Shown here: positions 1 to 8,821 of the stretch, in pieces
How the letters are laid out: every line of letters begins with the position of its first letter
Numbering within the stretch: the first letter of the stretch is position 1
IMG/VR virus record: IMGVR_UViG_3300029305_005280
Length of the DNA stretch: 64,000 nt
Strand: one strand, 5' to 3'
From: a virus
Taxonomy: Duplodnaviria; Caudoviricetes
Notes under the pieces: model-generated
What the model saw: the letters and a program-made list of their open reading frames with translations, nothing else
Told to the model about the DNA's origin: nothing
Databases searched by the model: none
Program-made: the position numbers and the translations under genes

Positions 1-45
1 TACAGCGCCGGCGTCGACGGCGACTACGGGTTCCGGCCCTCTTTC
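1..45 (+). repeat. DGR variable repeat (VR), partial
   Basis: tac agc gcc ggc gtc gac ggc gac tac ggg ttc cgg ccc tct ttc vs TR aac aac gcc aac aac gac aac aac tac ggg ttc cgg ccc tat ttc: 10 mismatches, all at TR adenines. Confidence 0.95.
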
Positions 46-57
46 AATATCTGTTAA
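1..57 (+). CDS. 3' end of DGR target gene (variable region; C-terminal CLec-type domain of a probable tail fibre/adhesin), truncated by window start
   Basis: Frame 1 reads YSAGVDGDYGFRPSFNIC*; nt 1-45 align to TR 750-794 with mismatches only opposite TR adenines; GFRP-x-F terminus typical of DGR targets. Confidence 0.9.
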   Translation, partial: YSAGVDGDYGFRPSFNIC

Positions 58-60
58 TCT

Positions 61-81
61 CCATACCCTTTACGGGTATGG
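61..81 (+). promoter_or_regulatory. DGR target-recognition hairpin/cruciform downstream of VR
   Basis: Perfect 8-bp stem ccataccc / gggtatgg with 5-nt loop tttac, 3 nt after the target stop codon. Confidence 0.8.
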
Positions 82-138
82 GAACAGATGTAATATACTA
101 AAAGAAAACTAATGATTATATGATGGAGATAGAAAACA

Positions 139-687
139 TTGTCAAGAGTACATGCAAGTGAAAGAAAAGAATCAAAATTTGAAGTCATTGCACATTTCTA
201 CAAACTAAGAAAAGAAATTACAAATCTAACTCTACATAATTTTTCATATGATTACAATAAATCATTGAATAGATTGATTCGCGTATTTCATTGTGAAACT
301 TGGGACGATGTTACGAACTTATCACCGCAAGAGCAAGCAAGAATAAGAGGATATGTTGAAAAACATCAAGGTCTTGAAAATTGGTATCTTGAGGATGAAA
401 GGTATGCAATAATTCATATCTTAAGAGAAATTGGTTCTCACATCACATCGGCTAACAATATTTTTCCTTATTATAAGGAAGAGTTAATTGAGCGGAGATT
501 ATATCAAGACCGAGCAATTGCTGCTTGTAATAATCTATTACAGGAATTACAATATGTTATTGACATAATTCCTGTTAATGTAAATGCTTATACTGGTATT
601 GCAACAATGATTGAGCACGAAATAAAATTGCTCAAAGGTTGGAGAACAAGTGACAATCGTGTTTATAAGCATTTGATAGATGGGTAA
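139..687 (+). CDS. avd: DGR accessory variability determinant (Avd-like four-helix bundle)
   Basis: Helical basic protein between VR and TR; motifs ANNIFP, RRLYQDRAIAACNNLLQELQY, LLKGWRTSD typical of Avd-like proteins. Confidence 0.85.
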   Translation: MSRVHASERKESKFEVIAHFYKLRKEITNLTLHNFSYDYNKSLNRLIRVFHCETWDDVTNLSPQEQARIRGYVEKHQGLENWYLEDERYAIIHILREIGSHITSANNIFPYYKEELIERRLYQDRAIAACNNLLQELQYVIDIIPVNVNAYTGIATMIEHEIKLLKGWRTSDNRVYKHLIDG

Positions 688-696
688 GCTCTAAAG

Positions 697-800
697 CTTT
701 GCTGTACTACTTCGCCTACGTGAACACGAACAACGGTAATGCGAACTACAACAACGCCAACAACGACAACAACTACGGGTTCCGGCCCTATTTCTATTAC
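697..800 (+). ncRNA. DGR template repeat (TR); boundaries approximate
   Basis: AAC-codon-rich, more GC-rich segment between avd and RT; 750-794 matches VR. Confidence 0.9.
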
Positions 801-864
801 ATAACTAGGATGTTCCTATCATCAATAGGACGTTATTGCATAGAAAGGAGAGCTTGTCCAACTG

Positions 865-2091
865 ATGAAATATTCAGTGAACGAGTATTGCGACACAGCT
901 TCTTACGAGAATAGTTGTTATAAGCGCAATCTGGTGACAACACCAAATATTACAGATGCAAATCTCATATATCAAGCATTCCTTGATTCAAAAAAGCCAG
1001 TACCTTGGAAATATGACACACAATCATATCAAACAAAGTACTTATCTGAGATTGCAAAATTACAAAATGAAATAAAAACAAGAACTTATGAGTTTCTTCC
1101 GAGTAACGAATTCACTATAAATGAACGTGGTAAGACCCGTAGAATTACCGCCGATAAGATGCATGAAAAAGTAATGAAACATCTTATATGTGACAATGTA
1201 CTTACACCTGCAATTAAAAAATTCTTAATACATGATAATGGTTCAGTTATCAAAGGTAAAGGAATTTCTTTTACTCGGAAACGATTACAAACTCATATTA
1301 GAAAATTCTATAATAGGAATCAATCAAATGATGGCTACATTTTATTGATGGACTTTTCTAAATATTTTGATAACATACAACATAAAAGAATATATGACCT
1401 TATCTGTGAATATGTAAGAGATGAAGATACATTGTATCTTGTTGACAGAACTCTTGATAGATATAAAGTTGATGTGTCATATATGACTGATTCTGAATAT
1501 GAATGTTGTATGGAAACAATTTTCGATTATCTTGCTTATCAACAAATTGACAGAAGTGTTCTAACTGGCGACAAATTCATGCATAAACGATTGAACATTG
1601 GGGACCAGATATCTCAAATACTTGGAATATCTTATCTAATTCAATTTGATAATTTTGTTAAGATTGTTAATGGAATTGAATTTTATGGTAGATATATGGA
1701 TGATTGTTATATAATACATCGAGATAAGAAGTATCTAGAGGATTTACTTCAACAGCTTGTTGTGAAAGCTAATGAATGTGGTATCCATATCAATCTGAAT
1801 AAAACAAAAATTTGTAAACTTAGTGACCGCTGGAAATTTTGTCAATTGAAATATACAGTAACTAACAGTGGCAAGATTATTAAATATATGAATCATGATA
1901 AGATTCACAGTGTTAGAATAAGACTTAAAAAGTTATCAAAAATATTGAATGCTAAAGAATTTAGAGACCAATTTTATTCATGGTTTACAGCATACAAAAA
2001 ATTGATGACAAACAAGCAACGATTAAATATATTACAGTTATATAAAACTTTAAGTAAGGAGATAAAGTATGTACACAATCAAACTTGCTAA
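865..2091 (+). CDS. DGR reverse transcriptase
   Basis: Motifs ERGKTR, DFSKYFDNI, LNIGDQISQ (DGR-type SQ), YGRYMDD, LNKT. Confidence 0.95.
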   Translation: MKYSVNEYCDTASYENSCYKRNLVTTPNITDANLIYQAFLDSKKPVPWKYDTQSYQTKYLSEIAKLQNEIKTRTYEFLPSNEFTINERGKTRRITADKMHEKVMKHLICDNVLTPAIKKFLIHDNGSVIKGKGISFTRKRLQTHIRKFYNRNQSNDGYILLMDFSKYFDNIQHKRIYDLICEYVRDEDTLYLVDRTLDRYKVDVSYMTDSEYECCMETIFDYLAYQQIDRSVLTGDKFMHKRLNIGDQISQILGISYLIQFDNFVKIVNGIEFYGRYMDDCYIIHRDKKYLEDLLQQLVVKANECGIHINLNKTKICKLSDRWKFCQLKYTVTNSGKIIKYMNHDKIHSVRIRLKKLSKILNAKEFRDQFYSWFTAYKKLMTNKQRLNILQLYKTLSKEIKYVHNQTC

Positions 2092-2404
2092 TGGAACTGT
2101 TCTTGAAAATCTTGAACTAAATGGTAACAATTACATTTCTGATACAATCTTAGAAGACAGTGTATTTGAAGAGGGACTGAGTGAAGTTGTTATTACAAAT
2201 GACAAAGGTCACTCAATGACTTATAAAGATGTAATTCTTGTTCATAATGAAGTAGAAGATAACAAATCTTGGTTTGTTATTAGACCCAAAACTAAACAAG
2301 AAAAAGTTCTTGAATCTATAAATAATGCAATCAATTCTAGTGACAGTAATATTACTGACATTCAGCTTGCTCTTGCAGAAATTTATGAACTAATCGCACA
2401 ATAA
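2069..2404 (+). CDS. Phage protein, probable tail-fibre-associated (XkdW-like)
   Basis: C-terminal coil ending TDIQLALAEIYE, a pattern seen in genes following tail fibres in Firmicutes phages. Confidence 0.55.
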   Translation: MYTIKLANGTVLENLELNGNNYISDTILEDSVFEEGLSEVVITNDKGHSMTYKDVILVHNEVEDNKSWFVIRPKTKQEKVLESINNAINSSDSNITDIQLALAEIYELIAQ

Positions 2405-2423
2405 AGTAAAGGAGTATTTATCA

Positions 2424-2522
2424 ATGGTAAAAATTTATGTTGCATTAATCAACAAAGGATTAAAAACAATTGACGATGTTCCTGAAGCTTTGAAAGCTGC
2501 AGTTAAAGCTGCTCTTAAATAA
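2424..2522 (+). CDS. Small CD1375/XkdX-like protein (32 aa, absent from ORF track)
   Basis: AAGGAG RBS then MVKIYVALINKGLKTIDDVPEALKAAVKAALK*; KTIDDVP motif. Confidence 0.75.
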   Translation: MVKIYVALINKGLKTIDDVPEALKAAVKAALK

Positions 2523-2541
2523 TAAGGAATATTTTACTTGT

Positions 2542-2571
2542 AATCCCGTGGCACTTAGGCGCTGCGGGATT
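2542..2571 (+). terminator. Probable intrinsic terminator
   Basis: aatcccgtggc / gctgcgggatt stem with G-U pairs after the small ORF. Confidence 0.6.
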
Positions 2572-2621
2572 TAATTGTATAAGATAATATAAATATACTA
2601 GTTTGGAGGATTAAGCAAGCA

Positions 2622-4667
2622 ATGCTTGATAATCAATTGAATTATAAAGAGCTTGAAGGATTATCTGATGCGGAAAAGCAAGCAGTGCTAAAAATTCTTC
2701 AAGAATATTCAGATAATGGCAGCTCAGATACTTACAATGATATATTGTATTCAGATTATGATGAAATTCCTGTTAGCATTGATGAATTTTTACATAATCC
2801 TGTTTATCTTGGAAAAGGGTTGATAAATGAGGAAGGAAAATTCACTGTTTATCCATACTGGGTAGACACATTAAAGAAAATATTTCCTGACCCTTTACAA
2901 CCGTCAAAATACAATACACTAGCTCTAACAGGTGCTATTGGTCTTGGTAAGTCATTTGAAGCTGTTTTATGTTGTTTATACGAACTATATAGAATGTTAT
3001 GCTTAAAAGACCCATATCTATATTATGGGTTACAGCCAATTGATAAAATAACGTTCGCACTAATGAATATTACACTAGATGCAGCGCAAGGTGTTGCTTG
3101 GGATAAATTGCAACAGCTTGTGCAATCATCAGAATGGTTTATGAATCACGGAACAGTTTCAAAAGGAATGAATCCTGTTTGGAAACCTGAAAAGAAGATT
3201 GAACTTATTTGTGGTTCGCAGAGTAGACATATCATTGGTCGTGCTGTGTTCTTTGCATTTTTTGACGAAGTTTCATTTCAGCCAAATATGGATGTAGGTA
3301 AACAAAAAGAAAAAGCAAAAAACCTTGTTAATACAGCAGCTGCTCGTATGCAATCTCGTTTCATGAAGGGTGAATATAATCCAACATTGTTAGTTCTTGC
3401 TTCTTCAAAAAGAACTGAACAGTCATATATGGAAACATTCATTCAAGGTAAGAAGCAAAGAGAAAGTAAAACAACTTATATTGTGGATGAACCACAGTGG
3501 GTAATCAGAACTGATAAAGACAGTGAGCGTAAATTTAAAGTTGCAGTTGGTTCAAAATATCTTTCTTCAGAAGTATTACCGTTAGAATTAACCGATGCTG
3601 AATTAGATGCAGTTCGAAATAGAGGATATCAAATCATTGATGTCCCTATGGGATATTATGAAAACTTTATTGAAGATATTGACATTGCGTTAACGGATAT
3701 TGCAGGTATTTCAACTACAAGTTCAAACAGATATATTTCCGGTCCGAGACTTGCAGCAATAGAAAAAACAACATATCAAAATGCTTTTACAAAAGAAATC
3801 ATTGAAGTGGGTAATGCTACAGATGATAAAGCACAATATTCTGATTTCTTTGATGTATCAAGAATACCGCAAGAAGTAAAAAGTAAGCCTTTATATGTTC
3901 ACTTAGATATGTCTATAAATGGAGACAAAACAGGTATTGGCGGAGTATTTGTTATAGGTAAAAAACAACCAACACCAGAACAACCTGTATCAAAAGATTT
4001 GTTACTTAGAGCAGGATTTAATGTTTCTGTAAAAGCACCTAAAGGATATCAAGTATCTTTTGAAAAGAATAGACAATTTATCCGTTGGTTAAAACAACAA
4101 GGATTTAATATAAAAGGTGTATCAAGCGATACATTCCAATCTGCTGATTTTCAACAGATATTAAAAGCAGAAAAATTTAATGCTGAAATCATTTCAGTTG
4201 ACCGTGTGGATTCCGACCATATATGTAAACCTTATCAGTATTTAAGAAATGCTATATACGAAGAAAGATTTGAATGCTATGCAACAACTTTACTAAAGGA
4301 AGAGTTGATTGGTCTCGAAAGAGATAATAACAGTGGTAAAATTGACCATAGTACCAGTGGCATAAATAGTAAAGATAGTGCTGACGCAATTTGTGGTGCT
4401 GCTTGGAATGCGGCTCAACATGCAGAAGAGTTAAGTATTGATTTTGTTGAAGATATTGATACAACGCTTAATGTAAGTAATGCGCAAGGCACACCTGAAG
4501 TTGCACAAATAACTGTTGATTTTGAAAATGAATTAAAAAATGTGTTTAGTGGTATCGCTAAGAAAAATGAAAGTACAAGTGATGCTGCAAAACAACTTGA
4601 TTTTGGATTTGGTCCTGCTACTCCAATGCTTGGTGAATATGTTTCACAAGGCATTATGGTGTGGTAA
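2622..4667 (+). CDS. terL: Terminase large subunit
   Basis: Walker A TGAIGLGKS, Walker B FFDEV, nuclease HLDMS...KDSADA; directly upstream of portal. Confidence 0.9.
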   Translation: MLDNQLNYKELEGLSDAEKQAVLKILQEYSDNGSSDTYNDILYSDYDEIPVSIDEFLHNPVYLGKGLINEEGKFTVYPYWVDTLKKIFPDPLQPSKYNTLALTGAIGLGKSFEAVLCCLYELYRMLCLKDPYLYYGLQPIDKITFALMNITLDAAQGVAWDKLQQLVQSSEWFMNHGTVSKGMNPVWKPEKKIELICGSQSRHIIGRAVFFAFFDEVSFQPNMDVGKQKEKAKNLVNTAAARMQSRFMKGEYNPTLLVLASSKRTEQSYMETFIQGKKQRESKTTYIVDEPQWVIRTDKDSERKFKVAVGSKYLSSEVLPLELTDAELDAVRNRGYQIIDVPMGYYENFIEDIDIALTDIAGISTTSSNRYISGPRLAAIEKTTYQNAFTKEIIEVGNATDDKAQYSDFFDVSRIPQEVKSKPLYVHLDMSINGDKTGIGGVFVIGKKQPTPEQPVSKDLLLRAGFNVSVKAPKGYQVSFEKNRQFIRWLKQQGFNIKGVSSDTFQSADFQQILKAEKFNAEIISVDRVDSDHICKPYQYLRNAIYEERFECYATTLLKEELIGLERDNNSGKIDHSTSGINSKDSADAICGAAWNAAQHAEELSIDFVEDIDTTLNVSNAQGTPEVAQITVDFENELKNVFSGIAKKNESTSDAAKQLDFGFGPATPMLGEYVSQGIMVW

Positions 4668-4712
4668 GAATTGTATATATATAATATATGAATATAACTA
4701 GGGGGATAGATA

Positions 4713-6551
4713 ATGCCTGATATTACAAAAGACGATAGTGTATTTGTTAATGATGATTCTCAGTATAACAGACCTATAAAAACTATCGTTGCTCCTGAAA
4801 GAAAAAATGATATTGACTTAGATAATACTTTGTACAGCAATATCATTGAAGCAGGTATGTCTTCTCAACTCGATATAACTGCACTAAATACATTAAATCA
4901 AAAAGCAGAAAATCGTAATCAGATGTATAATGTTTTTGATGTTATGTGTGAAGATGGTTCAATCAGTGCTGTTGTTGAAACTTATGCAGAAGATGCTACT
5001 GAAAGAAATGACCAAGGTAATATTGTTTGGGTAGAAGCTCCTGATGATAAGATTGGTCAGATGGTTGAGTATCTATTAGATACTTTAAATGTAAATAAAA
5101 ATATTTATAAATGGTGCTATAGTTTATGTAAATATGGTGACCTATATCTTCGTTTGTATCGTGATTCTGAATACAATGATACTATCTTATTTGATAAAGA
5201 AGAGCCTGATAAAAAACAACTTAATGAAGATATAAAAATAAAAGCGTACAAAAATTCTGATAATTACGCTCATTATATGGAAATGATTGCAAATCCTGCT
5301 GAGATGTTTGAGCTCACAAGGTTTGGTAAAACTGTTGGATATGTTCAAGCGCCTGTAACAAATACAGTTGCAAAAAATGATAATACAACATATAACACTT
5401 TTACATTCCAGTATAAATTTAAAAAACAAGATGTTAACTTATATCCTCCTACTGAATTCGTTCATGCTGCATTAGAGGATAACATAAGTAGAGAAGAAGA
5501 AACTGTTAATATCTTTCTCACAGATAATGATTTTGAAACTGAAGAAAATGCTTACACATATAAAGTGCGTAAAGGACAATCTTTGCTATCAAATGTTTAT
5601 AGCATCTGGCGTCAGTTACAATTACTTGAAAATTCTGTTCTACTCAATCGTATAACAAAATCATCAATTGTTAGACTTATCAATGTTGAAGTTGGTGATA
5701 TGCCAAAAGAAAATGTTACTAAAACTTTACTCGGTATCAAACAGATGGTTGAACAGAAAAGTGCGTTGAAAGTTGGAAGCTCTTTAACTGAGTATACTAA
5801 CCCCGGACCTGTTGAAAACAATGTTTATGTTCCAACACACGAAGGTGTTGGTGCAATTTCAACAACTCAGATTGGGGGAGATGTTGATGTTAAATCATTA
5901 GCTGACCTTGATTACTATATGAATAAATTATATGGACAGTTAAGGGTACCTAAACAATATTTTTCACAGACTGATGATTCAACAGGATTCAATGGTGGCA
6001 CATCATTATCAATCATTTCTAGCAGATATGCTAAAATGATAAAAAGAATCCAGAATACACTAATACAAGCAATTACCGATGCAATCAATCTTATGCTTCT
6101 TGATAAAGGGCTTGACAGTTATGTAAATGAATTCACAATTCATATGCTGCCTCCAACTACACAAGAAGAAATCGATAGAAGAGATAACTTAAGTAGTAAA
6201 GTTCAGCTAACATCAGATATCATGAATATGTTATCTGATATTGAAGATGTCTCTGCAAGACTTAAGATTATGAAATCTTTACTTGCAAATGTTATTGATG
6301 ATAATGATATTATACAAGTGCTACAAGAACAAATTGACGCTTTAGAAAATGAGTTACCTCCTGAAGACATTCCTGTAGAAACAGAGGTGAGTGAAACACT
6401 TGCAGCAGGAGGAGAAATTTCTGATTTCAATGACACCTTTGGTGGTGATTTGAGTGGGGAAGCAGAAACTGGAGAGGAATCATCGAGTGAAGATGTTCTA
6501 CCTTCTCCAAGTGATTTAGGAATTGATTTAACAGATAGCGACAACGAATAA
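4713..6551 (+). CDS. Portal protein (T4 gp20-like)
   Basis: QLQLLENSVLLNRI, INVEVGDMP, DLDYYMNKLYGQLRVPK, RYAKMIKRIQ resemble gp20; position between terminase and protease. Confidence 0.85.
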   Translation: MPDITKDDSVFVNDDSQYNRPIKTIVAPERKNDIDLDNTLYSNIIEAGMSSQLDITALNTLNQKAENRNQMYNVFDVMCEDGSISAVVETYAEDATERNDQGNIVWVEAPDDKIGQMVEYLLDTLNVNKNIYKWCYSLCKYGDLYLRLYRDSEYNDTILFDKEEPDKKQLNEDIKIKAYKNSDNYAHYMEMIANPAEMFELTRFGKTVGYVQAPVTNTVAKNDNTTYNTFTFQYKFKKQDVNLYPPTEFVHAALEDNISREEETVNIFLTDNDFETEENAYTYKVRKGQSLLSNVYSIWRQLQLLENSVLLNRITKSSIVRLINVEVGDMPKENVTKTLLGIKQMVEQKSALKVGSSLTEYTNPGPVENNVYVPTHEGVGAISTTQIGGDVDVKSLADLDYYMNKLYGQLRVPKQYFSQTDDSTGFNGGTSLSIISSRYAKMIKRIQNTLIQAITDAINLMLLDKGLDSYVNEFTIHMLPPTTQEEIDRRDNLSSKVQLTSDIMNMLSDIEDVSARLKIMKSLLANVIDDNDIIQVLQEQIDALENELPPEDIPVETEVSETLAAGGEISDFNDTFGGDLSGEAETGEESSSEDVLPSPSDLGIDLTDSDNE

Positions 6552-6592
6552 TAGATTTAAACTAGTTGGTTATACCAAAAGGAGTTTTACAA

Positions 6593-7054
6593 ATGATTAC
6601 AAAAAATGATTGTATATTACTATTAAGTGAACTTTCCGACCAAGGAATTGATACGTCAAAAGAACTAAACAAAGTTGTTAAAAACACCTCTATTGATTTA
6701 GAGGTGTTAAAATTCATAAATGGTTATAAACCTTTAGAAGTTCTTGATTTCTATGATAGACTTAGAAAAAATTACAATGCAAAGAAATCAAAACTATACA
6801 AAGAAATTGTGCAAATTGATGAAAAAGAACCAAAGGATATTGTTGTTACATTATCGAGTCTGTTAACTCAGATATTGCTTTATAGTAACACATTGAAAGA
6901 AAGAACACTTTTCTTAAAACATTCAAGAGCTGAAGAAATAAGTAGAGTTCTAACTAATTATTTTAAAACATATGATTTAACAGTATGTATATCATTACTT
7001 AAATTAGTTAAAGCCGATTTAAAAGCATTGGAAAGTTTAAAAAGAGACATATAA
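6593..7054 (+). CDS. Hypothetical helical protein
   Basis: ORF; AGGAG RBS favours ATG 6593 over 6566. Confidence 0.6.
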   Translation: MITKNDCILLLSELSDQGIDTSKELNKVVKNTSIDLEVLKFINGYKPLEVLDFYDRLRKNYNAKKSKLYKEIVQIDEKEPKDIVVTLSSLLTQILLYSNTLKERTLFLKHSRAEEISRVLTNYFKTYDLTVCISLLKLVKADLKALESLKRDI

Positions 7055-7268
7055 ATATAATATTAAGTAATTATATAATTATTATTCTATAATATATTTA
7101 ATAAATTACATAACCCTTAACCTTACTTAATTACATTTATTATTATATTATAGAAATTCCGTAATTCAACTAACTTACAAGAAATTCATAAATTTCTTTA
7201 AAAATATTTCTGCTAAATATAATTGTATTATAATTTGAAATAATACTTAGAAAGGTGATAAAGTTTAA

Positions 7269-8801
7269 ATGCTAGAAAATTTTAGTAAAAATGATGAACT
7301 AAAGTTTAAAGAGTTATCACCCGAAGAGAAACAACAAAGGGGCATACTTGGTAGATTGTATGGTCCGATTGCAAGTATCATGACAGCTACTCGTAATGGT
7401 AGAAAGTATACTGAGTCCCTTTGGGAAAAAGTTTTCGATAATCCTTTAACAAAAGAAATGTTTGCTCAGGGTGGTGTTCCCGGCGAATTAGACCATCCGG
7501 TAGACAGAGAAGAAACTTGTTCTGAAAAAATTGCTATAATGATGCCTGAACCTCCAACAAAAGGTACTGATGGCAAGTTGATGGGATACTTTGACATTAT
7601 TGATACACCTTGTGGTCGTATTGCTTATGCATTAGCAAAGTATGGATTTAATCTTGGTATTTCAAGCAGAGGTTCTGGTGACACATATACCGATTATGAC
7701 GGACAAGAGACAGTCGATGAAGATACATATTCATTTAATGCATTTGATTTAGTTTTATTACCAGCTTGTAAAGATGCAAGATTACAGTTAGCTGAATCAC
7801 TTGATACAAATAAAGTTAATTTCAGAAGAGCTTTGCAAGAGTCACTTGAGACATCAAGTGTTGAAGACAGAAAGATAATGACTGAAGCACTTGATAATCT
7901 TAATATTGAATATGACAAACCTTCTGATGAAATAAAGGCAGAAGATGCGGTAAATGATAATAATGACGTAGCCGATGATAGCGGAACTGATTTAGTAAAT
8001 GAACTGCAAGAAGCTCTGAAAGACAATAGTCGCTTACAAAGAGAAGTTATTGCTCTAAACGAAAAGTTATCAGTTAGTTATACTAAAGAGACTAAATTAA
8101 GTGAAGAGATTACAAATCTTAAAGATGCAGTTAAGAGATTATCTGAGTCAGTAAGCAAGTCACATGCACTGAGTAATCAGTTGCAAACAATGAAAGCTCA
8201 ATTAGAAGAGCAAACAAGTTTAGCAAGTGAGAGAGCTCAAATTATTGAGTCTTATAAAAAGAGACTCAATACAAATAACAAAAATCGTGTTGCTCTAAAA
8301 GAAAATATTTCTAAACGTAACAATGAAGTTATTGAGTTAAATGAGACAATCTCAAAGTTAAACGAAAGTATTGAAGTTCTTAAGTCTGATAGTAATAGTA
8401 AGATTTCAAAACTTACTGGTGAGCTTGCAGAATTAAAAGCAGATTCACAGATTAAGAATTCTCAATATGCAGATAAGCTTAGTAGAAGTAACAAACTAGT
8501 GGAACACTACAAAAAACTTGCAAGTAATGCCCTTGAACGTTACATTCAGAGTAAAGCTACTAGCTTAGGAATCAATGCAAATGAAATCAAAAATAGATTG
8601 AGTGAAAGTTATTCATTTGATGATGTCGATTTAGTTTGCGAAGATTTAAGAAGTTACAAATTAAACATGAGTAAGTTACCCTTTAATATTGGTAACAAAA
8701 ATGTTAGTAAAGTAACATTAAAAGAAGACACATCCACACAAAGATTTACAAATCCTGATGATGTAGTTGATAAAAATTTATTTGATTTAATCAATAACTA
8801 A
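7269..8801 (+). CDS. Prohead protease (T4 gp21-like) fused to coiled-coil scaffold
   Basis: RNGRKY, GELDHP, LGISSRGSG, FDLVLLPA motifs; long C-terminal coiled coil. Confidence 0.9.
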   Translation: MLENFSKNDELKFKELSPEEKQQRGILGRLYGPIASIMTATRNGRKYTESLWEKVFDNPLTKEMFAQGGVPGELDHPVDREETCSEKIAIMMPEPPTKGTDGKLMGYFDIIDTPCGRIAYALAKYGFNLGISSRGSGDTYTDYDGQETVDEDTYSFNAFDLVLLPACKDARLQLAESLDTNKVNFRRALQESLETSSVEDRKIMTEALDNLNIEYDKPSDEIKAEDAVNDNNDVADDSGTDLVNELQEALKDNSRLQREVIALNEKLSVSYTKETKLSEEITNLKDAVKRLSESVSKSHALSNQLQTMKAQLEEQTSLASERAQIIESYKKRLNTNNKNRVALKENISKRNNEVIELNETISKLNESIEVLKSDSNSKISKLTGELAELKADSQIKNSQYADKLSRSNKLVEHYKKLASNALERYIQSKATSLGINANEIKNRLSESYSFDDVDLVCEDLRSYKLNMSKLPFNIGNKNVSKVTLKEDTSTQRFTNPDDVVDKNLFDLINN

Positions 8802-8821
8802 ACTACGAAAGGAAAGTCATA

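Larger units (their letters stand above)
1..2091 (+). mobile_element. Diversity-generating retroelement cassette (VR-hairpin-avd-TR-RT)
   Basis: All canonical components present in order; adenine-specific VR/TR divergence. Confidence 0.95.

Noticed and set aside
723-776. (AAC)n-like run as a microsatellite or CRISPR repeat
   Set aside because: Explained by TR adenine-rich codons; no repeat-spacer periodicity
699-914. 71-aa ORF with Asn-rich run
   Set aside because: It is the DGR template repeat read in the target's frame (AAC codons) and overlaps the RT start; not a protein gene
865-2091. RT as group II intron, retron or Abi RT
   Set aside because: SQ motif, adjacent avd and TR/VR pair identify a DGR; no maturase/endonuclease extension
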